From IMG/VR virus record IMGVR_UViG_3300025133_000010, positions 1 to 40,601 of that record: a DNA stretch of 40,601 bases. One strand, written 5' to 3'. The position numbers were made by a program, and so were the translations under genes. The stretch comes from a virus. Its lineage: Duplodnaviria > Caudoviricetes. The notes beneath the pieces were generated by a model that saw only the letters and a list, made by a program, of their open reading frames with translations, was not told the DNA's origin and did no database searches. Every line of letters starts with the position of its first letter. The first letter of the stretch is position 1. Of the stretch, positions 8,919-15,602 are shown one piece after another.

Positions 8919-10603
8919 ACATCGACCCACGCCTCAAGGACTTCAGGAACTTCCTGTTTATAGCGTGGGATCACCTTGGTCTCCCTGACCCCACCCCGAT
9001 CCAATACGACATTGCTGACTACATTCAGTGTGGTCCTAAGCGTCGATGCGTAATGGCCTTCAGGGGCGTTGGTAAGTCTTGGATCACTTCTGCATTCGTA
9101 TGCCACCAGCTCCTGATGGATCCCACCAAGAACATCCTGGTGGTGTCTGCGTCTAAGCAACGTGCTGATGACTTCAGTACATTCACTTTGCGGTTGATCT
9201 CTGAGATGGAGATCCTGCATCACCTGAAACCTCACGAGACTCAGAGGAACTCCAAGATTGCCTTTGATGTTGGTCCTGCTCCGGCAAGCCACGCACCTTC
9301 GGTGACTTCCAAGGGGATCTCCTCACAGATCACAGGTGCTCGTGCAGACCTGATCATTGCGGATGATGTGGAGTCTTTGAACAACTCAGCGACCCAGATG
9401 ATGCGTGACAAGATCGGTGTTGCGGTACAGGAGTTCGATGCTGTTCTGAAACCAGAGGGTCATGTGATCTATCTGGGGACTCCTCAGTCTGAGCAGAGTC
9501 TCTACAACGAACTCCCAGACCGTGGATATGATGTGAAGATCTGGCCCGCTCGGAAGCCTACCGAGAAACAGGTGGTGGGTTACGGCCCCAGGATCGCCCC
9601 AACAATCCTTGAGATGGACCTTGAGGAAGGTGCCCCAACAGACCCCAAGAGGTTCAATCAGTTTGACCTCATGGAGCGTGAGGCGTCCTACGGGCGTTCA
9701 GGGTTTGCTCTCCAGTTCATGCTGGACACCACCCTGAGTGATGCTGACAGGTATCCTCTGAAGCTACATGATCTAATCGTGATGCGTCTGGATGCTGAGA
9801 ATGCTCCTGAGAAGGTGGTTTGGGCGGGGTCTCCTGAGTATGCCTATAAGGATATCCCGTGCGTTGGCTTCAATGGTGATCGGTATTACATGCCGATGGG
9901 GACCAACGGTGAACTCCTGAAGTATCAGGGATCCGTCATGGCGATTGACCCCTCTGGTCGAGGTGCTGATGAGACGGCCTATGCAGTGGTCAAGATGTTG
10001 AACTCTCAGCTCTTTGTCACAGCAGCTGGTGGGCTACCGGGGGGTTACTCAGAGGAGACTTTGAAGGCCCTGGCAGTGATCGCTAAGGAGCAGGAAGTCA
10101 ACGAAGTCTTGGTCGAATCCAACTTTGGTGATGGCATGTTCAACGCCCTTTTGACCCCAGTTCTCTCAAAGATCCACCGAGTCACGATCACGGAAGTTCG
10201 CCACAATATCCAGAAAGAACGACGCATATTGGATGTTTTAGAGCCTGTTATGAACAGGCACAAGTTGATCGTGGATGAGCGGGTCATCCGAAAGGACTAT
10301 GACTCAACCAAACATCTCCCGGCTGAGAAGGCCCTGAAATACCAACTCTTCTACCAGATGACCCGGCTAACCCGAGACAGAGGTTCATTGGCCCACGATG
10401 ACCGCCTGGATGTCCTCGCGATGGCTGCTCAGTATTGGGTGGATCAAATGTCCAGAGATGTTGATGAAGCAATGCACACACAACGCTCTGAGAAACTCAC
10501 AGAAGAACTAGAGCTATTCCAAGATCACTGCTTGGGGGGCTCACCAAGGAACTCCATGACATGGATGTCGAACTCCTCAGATCGTCCCTCGATGACTTCA
10601 TAA
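8915..10603 (+). CDS. terL: Terminase large subunit (T7 gp19-like)
   Basis: AFRGVGKSW Walker A, ARADLIIADDVE Walker B, IDPSGRGADET and HDDRLD nuclease motifs. Confidence 0.97.
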   Translation: MNIDPRLKDFRNFLFIAWDHLGLPDPTPIQYDIADYIQCGPKRRCVMAFRGVGKSWITSAFVCHQLLMDPTKNILVVSASKQRADDFSTFTLRLISEMEILHHLKPHETQRNSKIAFDVGPAPASHAPSVTSKGISSQITGARADLIIADDVESLNNSATQMMRDKIGVAVQEFDAVLKPEGHVIYLGTPQSEQSLYNELPDRGYDVKIWPARKPTEKQVVGYGPRIAPTILEMDLEEGAPTDPKRFNQFDLMEREASYGRSGFALQFMLDTTLSDADRYPLKLHDLIVMRLDAENAPEKVVWAGSPEYAYKDIPCVGFNGDRYYMPMGTNGELLKYQGSVMAIDPSGRGADETAYAVVKMLNSQLFVTAAGGLPGGYSEETLKALAVIAKEQEVNEVLVESNFGDGMFNALLTPVLSKIHRVTITEVRHNIQKERRILDVLEPVMNRHKLIVDERVIRKDYDSTKHLPAEKALKYQLFYQMTRLTRDRGSLAHDDRLDVLAMAAQYWVDQMSRDVDEAMHTQRSEKLTEELELFQDHCLGGSPRNSMTWMSNSSDRPSMTS

Positions 10604-10731
10604 AGGCGTGGGAGAAGTTCTTGTTAGATCAACTCACCACCGTGGAATTGACGGATGCCCTTGTGGATCATATCAAGGTCATTGACATACTGGCACCAGA
10701 ACCCACTGAGGGGGACGAGGAGGACTCCTGA
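10561..10731 (+). CDS. Hypothetical acidic protein, 56 aa (not in the ORF track)
   Basis: Manual translation MDVELLRSSLDDFIKAWEKFLL...GDEEDS*. AAGGA upstream; overlaps the end of terL. Confidence 0.5.
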   Translation: MDVELLRSSLDDFIKAWEKFLLDQLTTVELTDALVDHIKVIDILAPEPTEGDEEDS

Positions 10732-11070
10732 GAGCGTTCAAGCCTTCAGGAATGCAGACCTCCCTTGAAATATCCAAACGCCTTAGAAGCCAACTGAGAG
10801 TCTCTGAGAGGATCTAAGGATTCAGGGAGATTCTGGAGGGGTGGAGGTGTATTAGGGACACGTTCTGAAGAACAGAAGGTTCTTTGGAAGCGAAAGACTC
10901 AGAAGACTCAAGTGAACGCTTATCTGGACACGCAAGTGGACTAGGTTCATTTAGGTCTAGAGTTTCTCCCCCATTCACCTTCACGTTGATCACCAGGTTC
11001 TCATCCTCCTTGGTGGTCCGTGGGGGGGTTTGGGGGGGAAGCTCTAGATCTAGAAGATCTAAGTGAACCT

Positions 11071-11195
11071 ATTAAACTACTTAAAACTACTTAAAACTAC
11101 TTAAAACAATTTAGATATATCTAAGAAGATTTAGAGAGTCTTAGGTAATCTTAGGTAATTACTACTACATTACTACTACATTACTACTACATTAC
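11071..11195. repeat. AT-rich short tandem repeats in a non-coding region
   Basis: About 3 copies of TTAAAACTAC, 2 of CTTAGGTAAT and 3 of TACTACTACAT, in an AT-rich island after terL. Confidence 0.85.
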
Positions 11196-11282
11196 CTTTA
11201 TATTACCTCTATATAACTTATATAAGAATACATAGAAGTAATTCTTATATAAATAACCCAAAACAAATTAGGGGTAACTTCT

Positions 11283-11444
11283 ATGTGCATGCCTAATCCA
11301 CTTAACTTTGCAAAGTCTCCTTTACCTGCCCTTCGATGGATGAGCAAAGTGAACCCAATACTGAAGATGGGGCAGGACAAACATGATCGTGATGAAGGTG
11401 AACGGTTAGCCCGAGAAAGAACTTTGAAGATTCGACGGCAATGA
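11283..11444 (+). CDS. Hypothetical protein, 53 aa (not in the ORF track)
   Basis: Manual translation MCMPNPLNFAKSPLPALRWM...KIRRQ*. Its stop overlaps the next ATG (ATGA). Confidence 0.45.
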   Translation: MCMPNPLNFAKSPLPALRWMSKVNPILKMGQDKHDRDEGERLARERTLKIRRQ

Positions 11445-11815
11445 ACCTACACATTGGTCCTCTTCTGGTTCCTGTGGTCTATGAAGATCTTACCAAGGAA
11501 GAAACTTGGGGGGAATTTCAATGCCTACCGCATCCTCAGATTGCCATCAACAAAGATCTTCCAAGAAATATACAGGCACTGACAATCCTGCATGAAGTCC
11601 TTGAGTGCATCACGGAAATCTATGGGCTGAAGTTGTCTGAGGGAGATATCAGAACCCTGGAGATGTCCCTTGCAGATGCTGTGAAGAAGAATGCAAAGGA
11701 GTTCCAGACATGGGCCGAAGATCTAACCTCAAGTGGTCATACAGAATCTGGTTCAAAATTCAAAAGTGTTTCTGGGGGTTCTTTGGGTGTCTTGGGTTCT
11801 TCTATGGAACCTTGA
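11441..11815 (+). CDS. Small zincin-like protein with degenerate HExxH motif (HEVLE)
   Basis: WGEF......I.IN......QALTILHEVLECI resembles phage mini-metallopeptidases. Confidence 0.55.
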   Translation: MNLHIGPLLVPVVYEDLTKEETWGEFQCLPHPQIAINKDLPRNIQALTILHEVLECITEIYGLKLSEGDIRTLEMSLADAVKKNAKEFQTWAEDLTSSGHTESGSKFKSVSGGSLGVLGSSMEP

Positions 11816-11865
11816 GGATGATGATACTGCTGATGGAAAGGGTCCCGTATCGGGTGTATGTGTGA
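11710..11865 (+). CDS. Possible 51-aa membrane peptide (not in the ORF track)
   Basis: AAGGAG upstream. MGRRSNLKWSYRIWFKIQKCFWGFFGCLGFFYGTLRMMILLM... Overlaps the 3' end of the upstream ORF. Confidence 0.35.
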   Translation: MGRRSNLKWSYRIWFKIQKCFWGFFGCLGFFYGTLRMMILLMERVPYRVYV

Positions 11866-12058
11866 GGATGTGAAAACAAGAAGACGAAGTGTGTTGGATC
11901 GAACCGAAAACTTTCACTTCATGGTGTCTGTGGATGACACGGGAAGGCCAGTGGAATTCTTTGTTGTCGGGAGAGGCAAGACAGGTTCCCAACTCGACCG
12001 TGAACTTTATGAGATGGGTGTGAAGGTTTCACGGATGATGCGGGAGGATTTTGGTTGA
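11858..12058 (+). CDS. Stand-alone protein resembling the C-terminal (TSCPD-type) domain of class II ribonucleotide reductase
   Basis: VS.DDTGRPVEFF...GKTGSQLD......GVKVSR pattern. Confidence 0.5.
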   Translation: MCEDVKTRRRSVLDRTENFHFMVSVDDTGRPVEFFVVGRGKTGSQLDRELYEMGVKVSRMMREDFG

Positions 12059-12325
12059 AAAATCTGACAGGGTGCATCAAATGTAGTGCTAAGCATTGCC
12101 CCCCATGCCCCCTTCAATATCGCGCCCGCATCCTTGAATGATGCCACCCTCCCATCGAATCACCTACTACTGTTGTAGTTTCCACTGGACCTATGATCCA
12201 GTACACGGCTCGATTGTCGGCCATCCTGCCGTCGACTCCTTGAATGCCTGCCTCTATTTATTGGCAGGCATTGTTGGCGCGCGAAGAAATCTTCACCAAT
12301 TCTCCGGATTCTCTATTGCAGTCCG

Positions 12326-12353
12326 TGGACCTGCTCCGATATCTCGCTATGAT
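12326..12353 (+). promoter_or_regulatory. Putative host sigma70 early promoter
   Basis: TGGACC-N16-TATGAT, just upstream of the first early leader. Confidence 0.4.
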
Positions 12354-12401
12354 TCAACACGTCCGCAATGGTGCGGGCGAATACTTGAGGATGAAACAAT
12401 G
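12353..12401 (+). repeat. Early leader element, copy 1 (hairpin B plus GAGGATGA RBS)
   Basis: TTCAACAC-GTCCGCA-ATGG-TGCGGGC-N8-GAGGATGAAACAATG. Confidence 0.88.
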
Positions 12402-12701
12402 CTTTCACACTGCTTTCCTTCAGAGCCTTTGACTACCTTAGAGCATGCCAGCGACTGGTTGGTGGCGCTCTATGATGCTGGGTTGGTGTTCCACTTTGAC
12501 GACCCTCCACACAGTATTCACAACCAACACGGCCGGACGTTCACAGATGCGCAAGCGGACATCGTTGTGGCTCGCTTGGCTGAGTTCACAGCGCTTGCGG
12601 ATCGTCACGGGGTCTGTGTGTGGGAGCACGCCGATACTGTTACCGATTGGGCCGGCTCGTTGCGGGGGGGGTTCTTCGCCGCTACTGGAAACCGGGAATG
12701 A
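12399..12701 (+). CDS. Early hypothetical protein, 100 aa
   Basis: Start reassigned to the ATG at 12399, after the leader/RBS. Contains GLVFHFDD.P. Confidence 0.7.
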   Translation: MLSHCFPSEPLTTLEHASDWLVALYDAGLVFHFDDPPHSIHNQHGRTFTDAQADIVVARLAEFTALADRHGVCVWEHADTVTDWAGSLRGGFFAATGNRE

Positions 12702-12713
12702 TGGCAGCGAGTC

Positions 12714-12794
12714 TCCGCTCCACTGCCTGACGGTACTGGAGTGGATTCAACACGTCCGCAATAGTGCGGGCTGATTCATGAGGATGAACCAATG
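12714..12794 (+). repeat. Early leader element, copy 2 (hairpin A, hairpin B, RBS)
   Basis: TCCGCTCCA-C-TGCC-TGAC-GGTA-C-TGGAGTGGA-TTCAACAC-GTCCGCA-ATAG-TGCGGGC-N8-GAGGATGAACCAATG. Confidence 0.9.
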
Positions 12795-13037
12795 CTTACA
12801 TTGAAAGCAGTACCGAACTCTCCCGAACTCATCGTACCTTGCGTTGTTCGGATTGAACAATTCGCCCCGAATCATCCCGTCAAGGGTGGGTTCTATTATT
12901 GGTGGGCAGAAGGCATCGTGGAATTGTTCTGGCAGTCCCCTGACTCTTTGCGCCTTGACGATCCCGATACTGATTGGCGCGGACCATTTGAAACTGAGCA
13001 GGAAGCCATCGACGACTGCTATGGGCAGATGCCTTGA
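12792..13037 (+). CDS. Early hypothetical protein
   Basis: Follows leader copy 2. GG.YYW...GPFETEQEAI.D motif. Confidence 0.72.
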   Translation: MLTLKAVPNSPELIVPCVVRIEQFAPNHPVKGGFYYWWAEGIVELFWQSPDSLRLDDPDTDWRGPFETEQEAIDDCYGQMP

Positions 13038-13042
13038 TCTCC

Positions 13043-13122
13043 ACCGCTCCACTGCCGAAAGGTACTGGGGCGGTTTCAACACGTCCGGAATTGTCCGGAC
13101 CGATACTTGAGGATGAACAATG
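13043..13122 (+). repeat. Early leader element, copy 3 (hairpin A, hairpin B, RBS)
   Basis: ACCGCTCCA-C-TGCC-GAAA-GGTA-C-TGGGGCGGT-TTCAACAC-GTCCGGA-ATTG-TCCGGAC-N8-GAGGATGAACAATG. Confidence 0.9.
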
Positions 13123-13563
13123 AAACCAGAGCAAACCATATTCAGACTGGACCTAGACCAGATACGCAAGGCTCTGCGGGATTCTCTGCATGAACGGATC
13201 CCTGTTGATGATTATATTGACGAAATGTACAGCGCGCGACCTATCACAGACTTCGAGATCGACGGGCAACACGAGATCCGCAGTATATATTCCTCCACGG
13301 GTAATCCCATTGTCTGCGAGATTGACAACACCGTCGATGCGCCTGAACAAGGTGACTATATACTCACGCCTTCGGGACCACTACTGGGCCTCACCAGTCT
13401 GTCAACCCATGAAGGCCAGCATATTGGAGAATATCAAACGACCGACGTAGCCTTGGAGATAGTCGCTAGTCGCATGGAGGCGGAGCAATTCTACCCCAAT
13501 ATTTGGTGGATCTCCGATCATGGCAACCTTTGGCAGATTGACATACACGGGTGCGAGATATGA
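13120..13563 (+). CDS. Early hypothetical protein
   Basis: Follows leader copy 3. C-terminal FYPNIWWISDHGN motif. Confidence 0.72.
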   Translation: MKPEQTIFRLDLDQIRKALRDSLHERIPVDDYIDEMYSARPITDFEIDGQHEIRSIYSSTGNPIVCEIDNTVDAPEQGDYILTPSGPLLGLTSLSTHEGQHIGEYQTTDVALEIVASRMEAEQFYPNIWWISDHGNLWQIDIHGCEI

Positions 13564-13706
13564 CTCACGATATCCTACTACTGATCGTCGCCTTCGGAAT
13601 TATCGCGTTGTGCGCGTGGTTCCTGAGCCTGGCGATAACACCCAACAAAGACGCCGGGAACTTCCCCGGATACCTTCCAACCGATGAGGATGATGAACAA
13701 TGTTAA
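13560..13706 (+). CDS. 48-aa single-pass membrane peptide (not in the ORF track)
   Basis: ATGA coupling. MTHDILLLIVAFGIIALCAWFLSLAITP...EQC*. Confidence 0.55.
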   Translation: MTHDILLLIVAFGIIALCAWFLSLAITPNKDAGNFPGYLPTDEDDEQC

Positions 13707-14059
13707 AGCAAACAATACGCTCCGCCGGGCACATGCGGGATGAGTTCCAACAGTATGACCGCGCCGATCAATTCTCATACCACGCTTATGACGCACTGTT
13801 CGAGTGGTACTGGGATCTTGGCGAAGATATGGGGACCCCGGCCAAGCTCGACGTAATCGGGATATGCTGTGACTGGTGTGAGTACGATAGTGTTTCGGAT
13901 CTCGCTGGTGATTACAGTATCGCCCTTGAGGATCTAGTGGACCCCGCTGATATCCCCGACATGGATGAAGATGAGATAGAGGAAGCGTACGCCGAAGAGT
14001 TGAATAATCGCGGCGTGTTGCTGCGGGTTGAAGGCGGAAGCGTACTATTCTCCGAATGA
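13700..14059 (+). CDS. Acidic early protein
   Basis: GAGGATGA RBS at 13686. FSY.A..ALF.....LDVIGICCDWCEY motif; very D/E-rich. Confidence 0.72.
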   Translation: MLKQTIRSAGHMRDEFQQYDRADQFSYHAYDALFEWYWDLGEDMGTPAKLDVIGICCDWCEYDSVSDLAGDYSIALEDLVDPADIPDMDEDEIEEAYAEELNNRGVLLRVEGGSVLFSE

Positions 14060-14137
14060 CCCTTCCCGATCTTCTGGCCTAACGGCCTGGGGATCGTTTC
14101 ACGGCTCTACCTTAGTTTCAAGTATGAGGATGCACCA

Positions 14138-14332
14138 ATGAACAAAGAAACACGGCTCACAACTGCGGCCCCTGAAATGCTCGATATGCTGTACACGGTT
14201 CTGCCTTATTTGGAAATGGCCCAGTCCGACGACTGCTACAAACCAGGCAAGGTGGCTGCTGCAGCCGCCCAGGCTTGGGTAGTCAGATCAGTGCGCGCTC
14301 TGATTGCCAAGGCGGAAGGAGGCGCAGCATGA
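14138..14332 (+). CDS. Early hypothetical protein (RL..AAPEML motif)
   Basis: GAGGATG RBS at 14126; common phage AAPE motif. Confidence 0.7.
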   Translation: MNKETRLTTAAPEMLDMLYTVLPYLEMAQSDDCYKPGKVAAAAAQAWVVRSVRALIAKAEGGAA

Positions 14333-14580
14333 AACCACTAAGTCCAACCGAATGGAGAAACGCCTCTTTCGACCCTATCGAGGAGCACATCAAAGACTTC
14401 GGATTAGAGGGGGATTTGAAGCTCACGGTAACTCGCATAGATAACAGGATCACTCACGTTAGTCTCGACGACTGGACCTTATATCACGATGAGGACGACT
14501 CATTAGTCAAGGATGATGCGTTAGTCCGCGATCTCTTCGATTCAACGTATCTACTGGACCTGGTGATCTCCCTTTCGTGA
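14329..14580 (+). CDS. Early hypothetical acidic protein
   Basis: Start reassigned to the ATG at 14329 (AAGGAGG RBS, ATGA coupling). Confidence 0.65.
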   Translation: MKPLSPTEWRNASFDPIEEHIKDFGLEGDLKLTVTRIDNRITHVSLDDWTLYHDEDDSLVKDDALVRDLFDSTYLLDLVISLS

Positions 14581-14595
14581 TCTGTTACAATACTT
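14580..14595 (+). promoter_or_regulatory. Extended -10 promoter, copy 1 (16-bp direct repeat)
   Basis: ATCTGTTACAATACTT contains TG-n-TACAAT. Identical copy at 14964-14979. Confidence 0.65.
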
Positions 14596-14605
14596 CCTAC
14601 AGTTC

Positions 14606-14635
14606 TTAGTAGTTAGTTAGTAGTTAGTTAGTAGT
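14606..14635 (+). repeat. 11-bp tandem repeat TTAGTAGTTAG, about 2.7 copies, in a 5' UTR
   Basis: Directly visible between the promoter and the GAGGATGA RBS of ORF 14647. Confidence 0.85.
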
Positions 14636-14646
14636 GAGGATGAACA

Positions 14647-14853
14647 ATGAACAACCAAGAAACAACAACCAGATGGTTAGCTGAGGAGTTGATTGACAGG
14701 ATAGCGGAGATGATTTTCGCGGAGATTCAACAGCACCCAAGTCAGCGAGTCGCATCGCGTGAGGGTGCGATTGAGATACTTGAGCAACTAATGAACAACG
14801 CAGACCCCGGATGGTACGGGAATCAATCTCTAGAGGGTGAGGATAGGGGGTAG
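14647..14853 (+). CDS. Hypothetical helical protein with its own promoter
   Basis: GAGGATGAACAATG start, downstream of the extended -10 element. Confidence 0.7.
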   Translation: MNNQETTTRWLAEELIDRIAEMIFAEIQQHPSQRVASREGAIEILEQLMNNADPGWYGNQSLEGEDRG

Positions 14854-14963
14854 TCGAGGCTAGACCACTACCGAAAAGGTGCTGGAGGTGGGAGGCGTGA
14901 GTATACAGCCCTAAATGGGTTCCGCCGACTACTGGGAAACCACCACAGCACCCTGCCCACCTT

Positions 14964-14979
14964 ATCTGTTACAATACTT
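14964..14979 (+). promoter_or_regulatory. Extended -10 promoter, copy 2 (candidate sRNA promoter)
   Basis: TG-T-TACAAT at 14967-14975; identical to 14580-14595. Confidence 0.65.
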
Positions 14980-14982
14980 TCC

Positions 14983-15045
14983 ACATTAGTTGTCATCCTC
15001 GCACCCCTCCTTGATTAGTTTCTTGGGGGGGTGCTTACTTTTCTT
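14983..15045 (+). ncRNA. Candidate trans-acting antisense sRNA (about 63 nt) with anti-GAGGATGA seed
   Basis: Lies between an extended -10 element and an intrinsic terminator. The unpaired 5' segment CATTAGTTGTCATCCTC is complementary to the GAGGATGA..AATG start regions. Confidence 0.62.
15001..15045 (+). terminator. Intrinsic terminator
   Basis: GCACCCCTCC-N14-GGGGGGGTGC stem followed by TTACTTTTCTT. Confidence 0.7.
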
Positions 15046-15119
15046 GATCTGGGTCAAGGCGCATTCTCTTCAACTAGGTCTTAGTTGTGAAAAGTTCCTG
15101 TTTGCTTATGGAGGCTCAC

Positions 15120-15389
15120 ATGCTTCTCAAATTAGTCGCCGGAGATCTTTTTATTGACTTCTTTGATCCACCGGCGCATGAATTTCACAAGTTTGAAACC
15201 TGGATTGAAGAGGATGAACGCCATGTCACCTGCTGTACCATTAGACTCATCTGGACCCCGCGAAAAAAGCTCAAACAACTCCGTGCTGCGAAAATTGCTC
15301 AGGCAAATCGAATGTTTGAGGACGATAGAGTCGGAGATACAAGCCCAAGCCTTATCCACTTTCCTGGTGACGGCAATACACGACCCTGA
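15120..15389 (+). CDS. Hypothetical protein upstream of, and overlapping, the MarR-like gene
   Basis: GGAGG RBS at 15110, then ATG at 15120. Confidence 0.5.
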   Translation: MLLKLVAGDLFIDFFDPPAHEFHKFETWIEEDERHVTCCTIRLIWTPRKKLKQLRAAKIAQANRMFEDDRVGDTSPSLIHFPGDGNTRP

Positions 15390-15600
15390 ACCAGTGGCGA
15401 TGGGAGCTATTGCCGCTCAAGTTGGGATTGCTCAGAGTTCGTGCTCACGTAATGTTGCTCTGCTTGGTATGATTCACAGGCGGGGCCACCCCGGTCATCA
15501 GTTAGTTGAGAGTTACGAAAACCCTCTCGATAGAAGAAATAAACTGGTGAAACTGACCCCGAAGGGTCGAAGACTTGCTCAGACATTGATAGGAGGATGA
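15223..15600 (+). CDS. MarR-like winged-helix transcriptional regulator
   Basis: IAAQVGIAQSSCSRNV..L HTH and LV...ENP.DRR.KLVKLT.KG wing. Start is the ATG at 15223 after GAGGATGAAC (alternative GTG at 15283). The same position before int is seen in marine temperate T7-like phages. Confidence 0.85.
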   Translation: MSPAVPLDSSGPREKSSNNSVLRKLLRQIECLRTIESEIQAQALSTFLVTAIHDPEPVAMGAIAAQVGIAQSSCSRNVALLGMIHRRGHPGHQLVESYENPLDRRNKLVKLTPKGRRLAQTLIGG

Positions 15601-15602
15601 AC

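Noticed and set aside
12138-12398. N-terminal extension of the first early ORF
   Set aside because: It runs through the putative promoter and leader element; the RBS supports the ATG at 12399.
12353-13122. Early repeats as a CRISPR array or integron attC sites
   Set aside because: The intervening sequences are whole genes rather than spacers, and no cas genes are present. No GTTRRRY/RYYYAAC boxes are seen, and the integrase already has a conventional attP.
14969-15000. Minus-strand mini-ORF (GAGGATGACAACTA-ATG TGG AAA GTA TTG TAA, MWKVL)
   Set aside because: It has only 5 codons, and the promoter and terminator both point along the + strand. It remains a minor alternative to the sRNA reading and may reflect origin by inversion of a leader.
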